Counted from the whole stretch's first letter, positions 12,017-25,120 are shown. The stretch: DNA of 63,469 nt, filler included, from Octopus bimaculoides (GCF_001194135.2; 6 parts of 6 records of this genome joined end to end with filler, not necessarily neighbours in it), one strand, 5' to 3'. Notes: generated by a model from the letters alone, not told the origin. Numbers and translations are program-made.

Positions 12017-12428
12017 TATTCTTTTACTTGTTTCAGTCATTTGACTGCGGCCATGCTGGAGCACCGCCTTTAGTCGAGCAAATCAACTCCAGAACTTATT
12101 CTCTGTAAGCCTAGTACTTATTCCATCGGTCCCTTTTGCCAAACCGCTAAGTTACGGGGATGTAAACACACCAGCATCGGTAGTCAAGCGATGTTGGGGG
12201 GACAAACACAGACACACAAACACACACATACACACATATATATATATATACATATACATATATACAACGGGCTTCTTTCAGTTTCCATCTACCAAATCCA
12301 CTCACAAGGCTTTGGTCGGCCCGAGGCTATAGTAGAAGACACTTGCCCAAGGTGCCACGCAATGGGACTGAACCCAGAACCATGTGGTTGGTAAGCAAGC
12401 TACTTACCACACAGCCACTCCTGTGCCT
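12017..12428 (-). mobile_element. SINE family B, full length
   Basis: Head gagtggctgtgtggtaag...ggttcagtccc (A/B boxes), internal TA/CA linker, tail ...actgaaacaagtaaaagaata. Confidence 0.95.
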
Positions 12429-13098
12429 AATATTCTTATTTTTCAAATAATTATATATTCAGGTAAAAAAAAAAATATATCAGATCATCTTTCAAGATTT
12501 CTAAAAGTGTATCAATGTTTATTCTATCATAATTCGAAAGGATTTATCATCAAATTAATATAACTGGGTTCATTAGCTGTGATCACTCTTGCCCAATAAA
12601 CAATTAGATTGGAAAACCAAATTGTTTAAGAGATATTTTGGAAGATAAATACAATTGTACAAGTAAGAAAGATTAAGTGATGGTAGAGTTTTAAGGATTC
12701 TGCCATAAATATTTGCCATTACTGAAGTAAAACTGTATGTACAACTAAGTCTTAATTTGACATTATTCTTTTTGAAACTTTATAGATGCGGGTGTCTTTT
12801 TTAAAATATGTACATAATAAATGAAAGAAATGTGTAGTGGAGTTTGTGTGCAGACAAAGGAAACACAAGATTGTACGATAAAACTGTGCATCTTTTATTT
12901 CCATTTTTTCTAACATAACAATTGATATTAAAATTATTAATGTAAATAATCTTATTTTTAAAACTACAAACTTCTAATGTTTCGTTATAACAAGAAACTA
13001 CTTTGTTAAAGAAAGACACATCATATTAAATATTGGATAAAGTTCTACTCATATTTGTAACTAAATTATTTTTAATACCATAAGGATGATTAGAAATT

Positions 13099-13144
<46 letters not shown>

Positions 13145-13416
13145 TGTAGTCACTCAATTGTTTCTCTGAATAAATGATATTTATTAATTGAATTTAAGGC
13201 AATATTTAAAAAAATTAAATATATGTAACTTAACATTATCCGTAATCTTTATGTCTAAGACTAAATAATTCATTGAGAAATTTTTCTGAAATTATGTAAC
13301 TGTTGAACCTTCATCCTATTAATTTATAAGCAAAGGATGTAGCTACTGAGTTAGAAATTAGTGATAGAGTTGAATGCTTAGCTCAATGTAGACCATACAT
13401 AACACTTAAGGCTGAA

Positions 13417-13596
13417 AAACAGATTTTTATTAGTAATCCATCTTGTAAATTAATAAGAACTGCCAAACATAAGTTAAGTAAAATCAGTAAAAATGTCTTA
13501 TACTCTAAACAGATTTCTATTAGTAATCCATTTTGAAGTTTAATAAGGACTACCAAACATGAGTTAAGTATGGTCAGTAAAAATGTCTTGTACTCT
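13417..13596. repeat. tandem duplication, 2 x 90 bp
   Basis: aaacagattt.tattagtaatccat...cagtaaaaatgtctt.tactct at 13417-13506 and 13507-13596, differing only by scattered substitutions. Confidence 0.9.
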
Positions 13597-15984
13597 AGAA
13601 TCCTTGAAACTAAATTAACGACTGTTTTTCACCTTCTGAGATAACGATATCATTGTTATTAAATGGTTGATAGTATTGGCAATAAGTATCTTTATTAATT
13701 CCTTCAGTTTGAAATGATCAAATTTTATACTTCAGTAATCAAATTTCTACTCCAAAAAGCACTATTTTTCTTTTTTATTTTTGACAGGAATGACATATTA
13801 CTCAGTAAATCCATTATAAAAATAATTATGCTCCATTACTTTCTTTTGATAGTATCTCTTGGCAAAAAAATGTTATGTCATTATTGTGAATGTGCATGTA
13901 TGCATTCACTGCACACACGTAAGGACATATATGAAGAGAGAGAGGCGGGGAGTGAAAGATTAATGTATCATATTCAAAGTTAATATATTCTGATAGGCAA
14001 ATTCACTGCAGTGTTCAACCAGAGATAATGTCTATAATGGACAGGCTGTGCTTAAAAACACAATACATATTGGAGGCAGACAAAAGTCAGTGGCTGGAGA
14101 GAATGTTAGATGCATTTCTGATTTATTGTGCTTTGTCAGTAGCGTTTACTTACAACCAACTGCATGCCAAGAAGAATTCCCTCATTCACCAATATAGGGA
14201 CACAGTGAACAGACATTTACTGATGCTGCAAATAGCTGCTCAGCTGAATAAAAATCCATTATATGCAACAGAAGCAGTATTAGATTAGAATAGCCATTTA
14301 TGCATCATATTTGATATGAATACATTATTGAAAGGCAAATTTTCTGGAGGATTAACCCAGAGATAATATCTCATATGGATCTGCTAGCATTGTTTTCCAG
14401 ATGCTGCAAAGACTATTTTCATCTGTTTCTGGTACATCTTTTTAAACACAGTATATCCATAAAAGATATTTCAGGTCAAATACTATAGTAAGTTTGCCTA
14501 TAACAATGTATTAACTTTGAGTATGATAAACAAATTACTATTTTAATCTAATACTGATTCTGTTGCACACATACACACACACACATTCACATACACACGT
14601 ACATACAAACACACATACACATATATATGACAAAGGCCCAAAATACATGGCAAGATAATGTTACGCACATATCCACCCACTACCAGAAGAAATCCATTCA
14701 GTTAATTGGCAAATATTCATTAACATGCTATAATCACTGGGCCTCATATAAATCATTTCTTCTCTCTGTCTCTTCTCTCATTACTAAGATGGCCCCTCCT
14801 CCTAATCTGAATCCACAAGCTGTGTACCTTGCCCTCATTGACTTAACTGAAGCACGTGGGTTTTCAACTCTGACAACCCCAATTTTCTCTGTCCTTCCTC
14901 CCAAACCTGGCCCTAAAAACTTTGTTCAGTCATTTATCTGTAATGCAACTTACCTTCTCGACTCTCCCATCTACTTGAGTTTTTGTTGTTGTGTTTAAAA
15001 TTTATCGTAATTCGGCAGACTTATGTTTAAAATCATTCCGAATGGGACCATTTTAGTCATTGGGCCAGTCTATCTCAGACTACGTCATCTTACGTGTCCT
15101 TTCCTTTTTAAGAAGGTATGGTGTTTAATTTATGTAATATTTGATTTCCAGTTCTAGCAGATTCAGTAAATGCGTAGGCGTTCTTTCATTGGCTCTCTAC
15201 TCAAGTTTTTCCTCTAGGCATCGATCAGCAGAAGTTCAACTTGCATATCAACAGCACTTATCACAATAATCTGCAAGATTTTAAGAGACATATCGATACT
15301 TTTAAGCTGCATCTCAAGAGTGTGTGAAATCTTTATACATAATAGCTATTAATAAATAATCTAGTTATTTTATCAATTACATTGAATATTGTTGTCATAA
15401 AGAATAACACATATGTGAAGTTGTTATTTTATGACATGAAGTAGCTTATATTATTGTAAGTAGACTGTAAAGAATTTGGACTCAAGTTTTAAATATTTAG
15501 CTCTGTATACAATATAAAATAATTAAAATTATTTTTGTGTATTTGAAGATTTAAAGCAGTATAAACACATGTATAGAATTAATCTAAAATTCTAGCGGCT
15601 ACGTAAAATGTTATCTATGACAAAATTAATAATTAATAGTTAGACTGCAGTGATATTAATTAATATATTTGCTTGAAGAATAATTTTATAAAAGGAAATA
15701 TAGAAATAATTAAAGAAATAAAATTCTGTAAAATTCTCGCAGTTATATTTTTCAAGAGTGTAAAGTTTCAATAGGCTTAGTATTAAAACTACATATAAAA
15801 TCAAAATGATCAGAGTTATTGTTATATAAAGTATATGATATGATATATATATATATATATATATATCATGTATATTATAAATATATATATCATGTATACT
15901 ATAAATATATATATATATATGTATATGAATGTATATATGTATGTGTGGTTATATAAATATGTATGTGTATTTGTAAATAACTAA

Positions 15985-16320
15985 GCATCATCATCATTGT
16001 CGTTGTTGTCATCGTCGTCGTCATCATCGTCATCAATATTGTTGTCGTCATCATCATCCTCATCATCGTTGTTGCTGTTGTCGTCATTATCATCAGCATC
16101 ACCATCATCGTAATTGTCATCATCATTATCATCATCATCATCCTCATCACTGTCGTTGTCATCATCATTGTCCTCATCATCATCATCTTCATCACCATCA
16201 TCGTCGTTGTAATCATCATCGTTGATGACATCATCATTATTGTAGTCATCATTGTCATCATCATTAAAGTCATCATTGTCATCATCATTATAGTCATCAT
16301 TGTCATCACCATCATTGTTT
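15985..16320. repeat. (CAT)/(CGT) triplet microsatellite
   Basis: Direct; continues into a diverged family-F tail (ctttccatgctggcatgggtt, about 16330-16350). Confidence 0.9.
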
Positions 16321-17431
16321 CACATCTGCTTTCCATGCTGGCATGGGTTTGGCTGGTTCTCACAGTCCAAGTCACTTCTTGATCACAGTGGCTTAGGTGA
16401 CCATGTCTCATTAATACGGTCTGTTTTGGACAGGTTTCTGCAGTAAGATGTCTTTCTTACCACCAAACACTTTCCAAAATGTCTTTGGTCATTCTCTCAT
16501 GCTATTAGCATTCAAAGAGTTTGTCATTTCCTCAACAACACAATGCTAAAATGGTCCTCTCGATTCCATGTTGCTTCCATTTGTTTGTCAACTATATTGT
16601 TATGTACCCTGCAAGATAAAGAGGACCTCCAAACTCTATGATTCTCTCATGGAAGTAAAAGAAGAGGATGTAGAAGAAGGACTGAATGTAGAAGACGAAC
16701 AAAGATGAGGAGAAAGAAGCAAGATGGTGAATGAATGGCTACAGAGTGACTTTAGTGACAATATAGGAAGGGAAATGAAGAATGAAATGGAGGCAGCCAT
16801 GCTATAAGGTGTAATACAAGGAAAAAGAATTGATAATAAATAGAAATGGGCAGGTGAGTAAGACGAGAGGGTAAGGCAGAGAAACACTAGTGCAGCTACA
16901 TGTTTCCTAGTGAAAGAGAGGGGGTGGATGGGGAGAGGGAGGGAGGGGAGAGGGGNNNNNNNNNNNNNNNNNNNNNNNNNNNNNNNNNNNNNNNNNNNNN
17001 NNNNNNNNNNNNNNNNNNNNNNNNNNNNNNNNNNNNNNNNNNNNNNNNNNNNNNNNNNNNNNNNNNNNNNNNNNNNNNNNNNNNNNNNNNNNNNNNNNNN
17101 NNNNNNNNNNNNNNNNNNNNNNNNNNNNNNNNNNNNNNNNNNNNNNNNNNNNNNNNNNNNNNNNNNNNNNNNNNNNNNNNNNNNNNNNNNNNNNNNNNNN
17201 NNNNNNNNNNNNNNNNNNNNNNNNNNNNNNNNNNNNNNNNNNNNNNNNNNNNNNNNNNNNNNNNNNNNNNNNNNNNNNNNNNNNNNNNNNNNNNNNNNNN
17301 NNNNNNNNNNNNNNNNNNNNNNNNNNNNNNNNNNNNNNNNNNNNNNNNNNNNNNNNNNNNNNNNNNNNNNNNNNNNNNNNNNNNNNNNNNNNNNNNNNNN
17401 NNNNNNNNNNNNNNNNNNNNNNNNNNNNNNN

Positions 17432-17590
17432 AGAGAGAAGAGGAGAGAGAGAGAGAAGAGGAGAGAGAGAGAGAAGAGGAGAGAGAGAGAGAAGAGGAGA
17501 GAGAGAGAGAAGAGGAGAGAGAGACAATGAGAGAGAGGGGAGAGAGAGACAATGAGAGAGAGGGGAGAGAGAGACAATGAGAGAGAGAGG
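17432..17590. repeat. GA-rich minisatellite (18-mer GAGAGAGAAGAGGAGAGA; then units containing GAGACAATGAGAGAGAGG)
   Basis: Direct. Confidence 0.85.
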
Positions 17591-17829
17591 GTTGAAGAGT
17601 GGATGGTGGGTGATTGTAAAAATAACAGTGGGTAAGATTGTGTGATGAATGTCACTAACATGGCGTCCGGATGAAATGAGGTGGTTATGCATAAACAAGA
17701 TCAATGTTTGCTGGCAAGACTTAGAGCAAATGATGGATAATTGTGATAAGAATGGCATAAGAATGATGGATATCAAGAAGAGAGTGACGTAAAAAGAGAG
17801 AGAGAGAGTGTGTGTGTGTGTGTGTGTGA

Positions 17830-18630
17830 TGGTTAGCATTACAGGAGGGTTTTACAGAGATGATTACAGAGATGCACCAAAAGCATGTGAAATCTATCCT
17901 CTCTGTTTACCAACCTGTGACCCTTCCTTGAATACATTATATGGAATTCTTACTTTCTTGAACATGAAGCATCGCCATTTCCTTAAGGATAAAGCCTTCT
18001 CTTATACTTACTATTGTGGAGGCACAACTCGTGGTCATAGGATCGCGGTTTCAATTCCCAGACCAGGCGTTGTGAGTGTTTATTGAGCGAAAACACCTAA
18101 AGCTCCACAAGGCTCCGGTGGGGGATTGTGGCGAACCCTGCTGTACTCTTTCACCACAACTTTCTCTCACTCTTACTTCCTGTTTCTGTTGTGCTTGTTA
18201 TTCAAAGGGTCAGCCTTGTCACACTGTGTCACGCTGAATACCCCCGAGAACTACATTAAGGGTACACGTGTCTGTGGAGTGCTCAGCCACTTGCACGCTA
18301 ATTTCACAAGCAGGCTGTTCCGTTGATCTGATCAACTGGAACCCTCGACGTCGTAAGTGATGGAGTTCCAACAACATACTTACTATTACTTTAAGCTTTC
18401 CTAAATTTAATCTAAGGCCTCTCTCATTCCAGATTTTGCCATCCATGCCTTGAATTCCTCCTCTAAGGCTACTATGCATTCAGTGATATACATCATGTAG
18501 GAGTCATCAGCTTATAGAAATCCCAACAAACAGTCATTTCATGGCCTTTATAACTATAATGAACTGAAGGGGATTGAGGACTGAGCCCTGATGGCGCTTG
18601 ACTTGCAGGTTAAATTCATCATTGTATTCA
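17830..18630 (-). pseudogene. RTE-clade LINE reverse-transcriptase fragment, interrupted by a SINE
   Basis: Minus strand reads VSNEYNDEFNLQVKRHQGSVLNPLQFIIVIKA...GLRLNLGKLKVIVS (cf. RTE GVHQGSVLSPLLF and GLRVNxxKTKV). It resumes past the SINE as KWRCFMFKK (cf. KWPCxxCRK). Contains stops and frameshifts. Confidence 0.8.
18015..18376 (+). mobile_element. SINE family A with A-box deletion and 12-bp target-site duplication
   Basis: Matches 48511-48897. ATACTTACTATT at 18004-18015 and 18376-18387. Confidence 0.95.
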
Positions 18631-18795
18631 TTGCTAACTCTCGGAGTGGTTGGTGTTAGGAAGGGCATCCAGCTGTAGAAACTCTGCCAAATCAGATCGG
18701 AGGCTAGTGTTGCCATCTGGTTTCACCAGTCCTCAGTCAAATCGTCCAACCCATGCTAGCATGGAAAGCGGACGTTAAACGATGATTATGATGAT
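18627..18795 (+). mobile_element. family F RTE-type 3' tail
   Basis: ...ttaggaagggcatccagc...cgtccaacccatgctagcatggaaagcggacgttaaa followed by (TGA)n. Confidence 0.85.
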
Positions 18796-19124
18796 ATATA
18801 TGTATATATATATATATATATATACATACATACAAATATATAAATATACAGATACATCGACTGACAGACAGACAGATATACATACATACACATCAATAAT
18901 TAGTCAGAAAATTGATATAATATGTCAATTAGATTAATTTGCTATGTAATTATTTAGATGATTAAGTAAATATTAGTTGAATATATGCTTGTAGATATAC
19001 ATATATACAGATGCAATACATAAATACACATATATAAATATATATATATATATATATACACACACATACACACATTGTTGTTATGAGGATATATACCTCT
19101 TAAAGGAATGTTAGCATCTTTTCT

Positions 19125-19169
<45 letters not shown>

Positions 19170-19178
19170 CATCTTCAT

Positions 19179-19660
19179 CATCATCATCATTTAACGTCCA
19201 TTGTCCATGCTGGCATGGGTTGGACAGTTTGACTGGGCTGGCACACTGGAAGGCTGTGCCAGGCTCCAGTCTGATTTGGCATGGTTTTCTATGGTTGGAT
19301 GCCCTTCCTAATGTCAGCCACTCTCAGAGTGTAATGGGTGCTTTTATGTGCCATTGGCTCAGGTGCCATTTGTGTGACACCAGTATCTGCCACAACTGTG
19401 ATTTTGCTCAGCTTGAAGGGTCTTCTTCTCGAGCATGGCATAATGCCAAAGCTCTTGATCATTGCCTCTGTGAGGCCCGACACTCGAAAGAAACTCCACC
19501 ACTTTGGCTCCCTGAGGCCCAATACTCAAAAGGAACTCAGCCACTTTGCCCCCATGAGGCCCCCCTCTCGAAAGGTGCTTCTTATGTGTCACCGATGTGG
19601 GTGCTAGTTATGTGACACCATCATCAGCCATGACTATGATTTCACTTGGCGAGACGGGTC
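19179..19660 (-). mobile_element. family F element with RTE-type tail
   Basis: 19179-19330 is the reverse complement of the tail at 18627-18795. The GC-richer body continues to about 19660. Confidence 0.75.
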
Positions 19661-19939
19661 TTACACACACACACACACACAACAAACACACACAAACGTA
19701 CACACACACGTATATAAATGTGTGTGTGTGTGTGTATGTGGCAATGTGTATAGATACATTCTCATCCAAAATCAAGATCAGTACCACCACTTATGTGTGG
19801 AAAGCTTAAACAATTGTTAAGATCTCTTGACATGAAACTATTGGTTGACTTATTAACCCACAACTAAAGTATAAATATGTATATGGAGTGAGAAAGGGGG
19901 TGAAAGAAAGAGGGAGAGAGAGAGAGAAGGAAAGAAAGA

Positions 19940-20095
19940 AGAATCAACACCAGTATTTGAGTGGTACTTTATCAATCTTTGGAAGGAAATTGGAAGGCAA
20001 AGTTAACCGTAGTAGTGTTTGAAATAAGATTGCAGAGAGCTAAAATAAATACTGCAAAATGTATCTGACACTCTAACAACTCTACTTCACTATCC
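19940..20095 (-). mobile_element. SINE family C, strongly diverged
   Basis: ccagtatttgagtggtacttta...gaaggcaaagt resembles ccagtatacaactggtactta...aaaggcaaagtc. Confidence 0.55.
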
Positions 20096-20183
20096 AATAT
20101 GTAAGTATAATATCAACAATACACATTCACGCACACAGACAATATATATCTGTGTGTGTATGCATTTGTAAATATGCATATAA

Positions 20184-20219
<36 letters not shown>

Positions 20220-20313
20220 GTGTGTGTGTGTGTACATATATATATATATATACACATATATATATACATACATATATATATACATATATATAAACATATA
20301 TAACATCATCAAT

Positions 20314-20345
<32 letters not shown>

Positions 20346-20376
20346 TTAGTGTCGATGATGATGAAATGTATGTTTA

Positions 20377-20424
<48 letters not shown>

Positions 20425-20436
20425 TACACATAGATG

Positions 20437-20495
<59 letters not shown>

Positions 20496-20648
20496 NNNNN
20501 NNNNNNNNNNNNNNNNNNNNNNNNNNNNNNNNNNNNNNNNNNNNNNNNNNNNNNNNNNNNNNNNNNNNNNNNNNNNNNNTATATATTATATATACAATTA
20601 AATATACTTTATATTTATAATTTACATATATATATATGTATATATATA

Positions 20649-20681
<33 letters not shown>

Positions 20682-20705
20682 CTGTGTATATATATATACA
20701 TATAC

Positions 20706-20751
<46 letters not shown>

Positions 20752-20797
20752 ATATATTAAATATATTGTATATGTATATATTAAATATCATATTGTG

Positions 20798-20830
<33 letters not shown>

Positions 20831-21413
20831 GTATGCATATTATAATATATTATATATTATATCATATTGGTAATAGCTCTTGCAGCTCTTTGTTAATGCT
20901 TGTCTGGTTAAGTTCACAACAATAAAAATTCATTAATTAGTTTATTGTTGTTTCTTTGTGTTCCAGGAACACTTGTAGCCATCTTTGTGCAAGTTATTTG
21001 AATGTTTGTGATGTATTCCTGTATTCCTGTAGTTCTGGGTGAGGCAGTCATAATTGATATTGAGTACACATGTGGAATGCTATGAATAGAAACTCTACAG
21101 TAAACCAAGATTAATTTAGTTTCAGAATGTTGTGACAATATTCGCTTGTAATGGAAGTCTAAGAAATACGAGCAGAATAAAGTAATTAGTTATGTTAGAA
21201 ATCATTAAAAATTTGGAATTATAAATTTACAGTGGTGTTTTCCTTTTGTAACAAGTTGTTAATCTTGTTTTGATGTTGTTGTTATTGTTGTTGTTGGTGT
21301 GGTTGTTGGTGCTGTTTAGCCCCAGGTTAGACTTGTTTGAGTAAGCCAATGATCAAAATCAGTCCAGCTATGATGGTCTTGTATTTTTGTGTGTGTGTAT
21401 TCTTTTCCTACTT

Positions 21414-21608
21414 TTTTACTCTGGGCACAAGGCCCGAAATTTCTGGGGAGGGGGAGGCAGTCGATTGGATCGACCCCAGTATACAACTGGTACTTAATTT
21501 ATCGAGTCTGAAAAGATGTAAGGTAAAGTCGACCTCGGCGCAATTTGAACTCAGAACATTAAGACAGACAAAATACCGCTAAGCATTTCGCCCGGTGTGC
21601 TAATGTTT
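21414..21608 (-). mobile_element. SINE family C
   Basis: ggcacaaggcccgaaat...atcgaccccagt...gtcgacctcggcg.aatttgaactcagaac. The minus strand has a B-box GAGTTCAAATT and a central gcctttcatcc...ggtcgataaa...gtaccag-type block like that of Meta-type SINE superfamilies. Confidence 0.9.
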
Positions 21609-21825
21609 TTATTCTTTTATTCTTTTACTTGTTTCAGTTATTTTGATTGTAGCCATGCTGGAGCACTGCCTTTAGTTAAACAGATTAACTCCACGACTTA
21701 TTCTTTGTAAGCCTAGTACTTATTCCATTGGTCTCTTTAGCTGAACTGCTAAGTTACGTGGATGTAAACACACCAACATTGGTTGTCAAGCGATGGTGGG
21801 GGGATAAGCACAAGACACACAAACA
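21609..21825 (-). mobile_element. SINE family B, 3' half
   Basis: Match to 12017-12210; truncated by a gap. Confidence 0.9.
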
Positions 21826-23036
21826 NNNNNNNNNNNNNNNNNNNNNNNNNNNNNNNNNNNNNNNNNNNNNNNNNNNNNNNNNNNNNNNNNNNNNNNNNNN
21901 NNNNNNNNNNNNNNNNNNNNNNNNNNNNNNNNNNNNNNNNNNNNNNNNNNNNNNNNNNNNNNNNNNNNNNNNNNNNNNNNNNNNNNNNNNNNNNNNNNNN
22001 NNNNNNNNNNNNNNNNNNNNNNNNNNNNNNNNNNNNNNNNNNNNNNNNNNNNNNNNNNNNNNNNNNNNNNNNNNNNNNNNNNNNNNNNNNNNNNNNNNNN
22101 NNNNNNNNNNNNNNNNNNNNNNNNNNNNNNNNNNNNNNNNNNNNNNNNNNNNNNNNNNNNNNNNNNNNNNNNNNNNNNNNNNNNNNNNNNNNNNNNNNNN
22201 NNNNNNNNTATATATATATATATATATATATGTATATGTATATTTGAAACCATTATTATGATGATGACGATGATGATAACGATGATGATGATGATTAAAG
22301 CTGAGCTGAGGCAGAAAAATTAATTATGGTGCAAAGTGGTTATGGGCTGCAAGTTTGATTTTTGTAACAGGTCTTCATATGGTACAGGGTTCTAACCAAG
22401 GGTGAATTTTAGATTTGAAACGCAAGAAAACAGTTCCCGAGCAATGCAAACAGCATTTTTTTTTTCCATGTTGTACAAACGATGTACCACTCATGCAAGA
22501 ATTGCAGAGACGATAGTTTGAGTGTTACAAGATAACATTTGCATAAAACCAGGCACGGAGGCTGAAAGTTATCTTAAGTAAATCTAAAGCAGAATATTTC
22601 CAACAATTAAACAACAAAGGGAACACAATCAATATACAGATGGCACTCTCTTTATATTCCTGTATATTGGCTGGTCATAAATTATTAGGATCAAATGTTT
22701 TCCTGCCTACCAACTACCATAACCTAACAACAGCCAAATTAACAAGTTAATTCTATGTTATCACATAGCTTGCTGAATAATAATACATTAATTTAATTTA
22801 TATATTAACCAAAATTTTTACAATCGGTAAATTATATAAGAACTAAAGGTATTCAGCAGCACAAAGTTCCTAACTTTTTCAGTTATGTGAGGAGGATTAA
22901 ATAAGCTTGGTTGTAATTGTATGATTGTATGTAGTTGTCCTTTCATGTTGCTTTTATGTTCAGTCATGTTGATACATAAATTCAATTCAATCCAAAACTG
23001 AACCTATGATCTTTTTGAATATTTTGTTATGTTTTG

Positions 23037-23076
<40 letters not shown>

Positions 23077-23111
23077 NNNNNNNNNNTGTATGTATGTATG
23101 TATGTATATCG

Positions 23112-23168
<57 letters not shown>

Positions 23169-24251
23169 TGTGTGCACATGTGCAAGTAAATGAGTATATA
23201 TAGACAAATATCAATGTATATAAATATATATATATGAATATATATATGTATATATATATATATGTATGTATATATATATATATGCATATATATATANNNN
23301 NNNNNNNNNNNNNNNNNNNNNNNNNNNNNNNNNNNNNNNNNNNNNNNNNNNNNNNNNNNNNNNNNNNNNNNNNNNNNNNNNNNNNNNNNNNNNNNNNNNN
23401 NNNNNNNNNNNNNNNNNNNNNNNNNNNNNNNNNNNNNNNNNNNNNNNNNNNNNNNNNNNNNNNNNNNNNNNNNNNNNNNNNNNNNNNNNNNNNNNNNNNN
23501 NNNNNNNNNNNNNNNNNATATATATATATATATATATATATACATACATATACATATATATATATAGACACATGCATGTATATATATATAAATATATATA
23601 TATATACACATGTGTATATATACATGCATATATATCATGTAAATACATATGTGTGCATATATATGTATAAACTATATATTTATATTTATGCATTTGTGTG
23701 TCTTTATGTAAGTGTAGCTACATCTCTGTATATATCCATATACTTATGTATGACAGAGTGTGTATGCATGTGTGCATATACTTATATATATCTACACATA
23801 CACAAACACATAGAAAGGAAGAACAGAGAGTAAGATATATTAATATTTGTTTCTATATGTATTAATATATGTATAAAAACAGTCAAATATCTATTGAAAG
23901 TACACACAATATATTTAAATAGAATATCAGATATACTTTTACAAATAAAACCTTGAGTGACTTCGAAGTTTTTTTCAACTGACATAATGAAGCTATAAAG
24001 TTTTTTTAGTTTTCATTTTATATAATTTATATTTCTGCATATCTGTTTAAACTAACCATAAAGATATTTCTTCATAAGACACAAAAGTACACTATTAAGT
24101 TATTCCTATTTTATAACTACTATGCTCTATCCACACAATGAACCAAAAACTGTTAAAAAGGCTTAAAAACAACCAAAACCTCACAGTGTTACGAAGAGCA
24201 CTGAGCTGGAATTTGAAATTCTGAAATCACTATCATCTTTTGTATTGTATG

Positions 24252-24312
<61 letters not shown>

Positions 24313-24683
24313 NNNNNNNNNNNNNNNNNNNNNNNNNNNNNNNNNNNNNNNNNNNNNNNNNNNNNNNNNNNNNNNNNNNNNNNNNNNNNNNNNNNNNNNN
24401 NNNNNNNNNNNNNNNNNNNNNNNNNNNNNNNNNNNNNNNNNNNNNNNNNNNNNNNNNNNNNNNNNNNNNNNNNNNNNNNNNNNNNNNNNNNNNNNNNNNN
24501 NNNNNNNNNNNNNNNNNNNNNNNNNNNNNNNNNNNNNNNNNNNNNNNNNNNNNNNNNNNNNNNNNNNNNNNNNNNNNNNNNNNNNNNNNNNNNNNNNNNN
24601 NNNNNNNNNNNNNNNNNNNNNNNNNNNNNNNNNNNNNNNNNNNNNNNNNNNNNNNNNNNNNNNNNNNNNNNNNNNNNNNNNNN

Positions 24684-24726
<43 letters not shown>

Positions 24727-24764
24727 TATATATGTATATATACGACACGTTTCTTTCATTTTCT

Positions 24765-24905
24765 ATCTATGAAATCCACTCACAAAGCTTTGGTCAGACT
24801 GGGGTCATAGTAGATTACATTTACCCAAGGTGCCATGATGCAGTGGAACTGAACCCAGAACCATGTGGTTAGGAAGCAAGTATCTTACCACACAACCATG
24901 CCTCC
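24765..24905 (-). mobile_element. SINE family B, 5' half
   Basis: Match to 12280-12428. Confidence 0.85.
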
Positions 24906-24934
24906 ACCAATAATATATATATATACATAGTTGA

Positions 24935-25120
24935 AAGTTACAGAAAGAAAAAAGATGAAGGCAGGTGTATGACAACAAGCAGGTATATTAGTTTGATGCT
25001 AGGGAAAATGAAGAAGTCTTTTACGTTTCGAGCCTGTGCTCTTCAACAGAAAGAAATAAGAGAAAATAAACTGAGAGAGAATAAAAAAACTTGTGGACTT
25101 AGCGATCAAGCATGGTGACT
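24935..25120 (-). mobile_element. Penelope-like element terminal remnant (copy 2)
   Basis: Homologous to 52-235. Confidence 0.6.
25017..25054 (-). ncRNA. minimal hammerhead-ribozyme-like motif, variant core (copy 2)
   Basis: UCUUU-CUGUUGAA-GAGC ACAG GCUC-GAAAC-GUA-AAAGA. Perfect 5-bp stem I and 4-bp stem II. Confidence 0.55.

Noticed and set aside
14627-14998. 123-aa ORF containing VYLALIDLTEA (RT-like)
   Set aside because: It starts in a microsatellite, and only one short motif resembles RT, without neighbouring domains.
15218-15326. Exon-like segment after ttttcctctag| reading GIDQQKFNLHINSTYHNNLQDFKRHIDTFKLHLKSV*
   Set aside because: The DNA aligns loosely with the LINE 3' end at about 38890-38955 (acttgca...aacagcact...taag), so it is more likely a decayed RLE-LINE tail.
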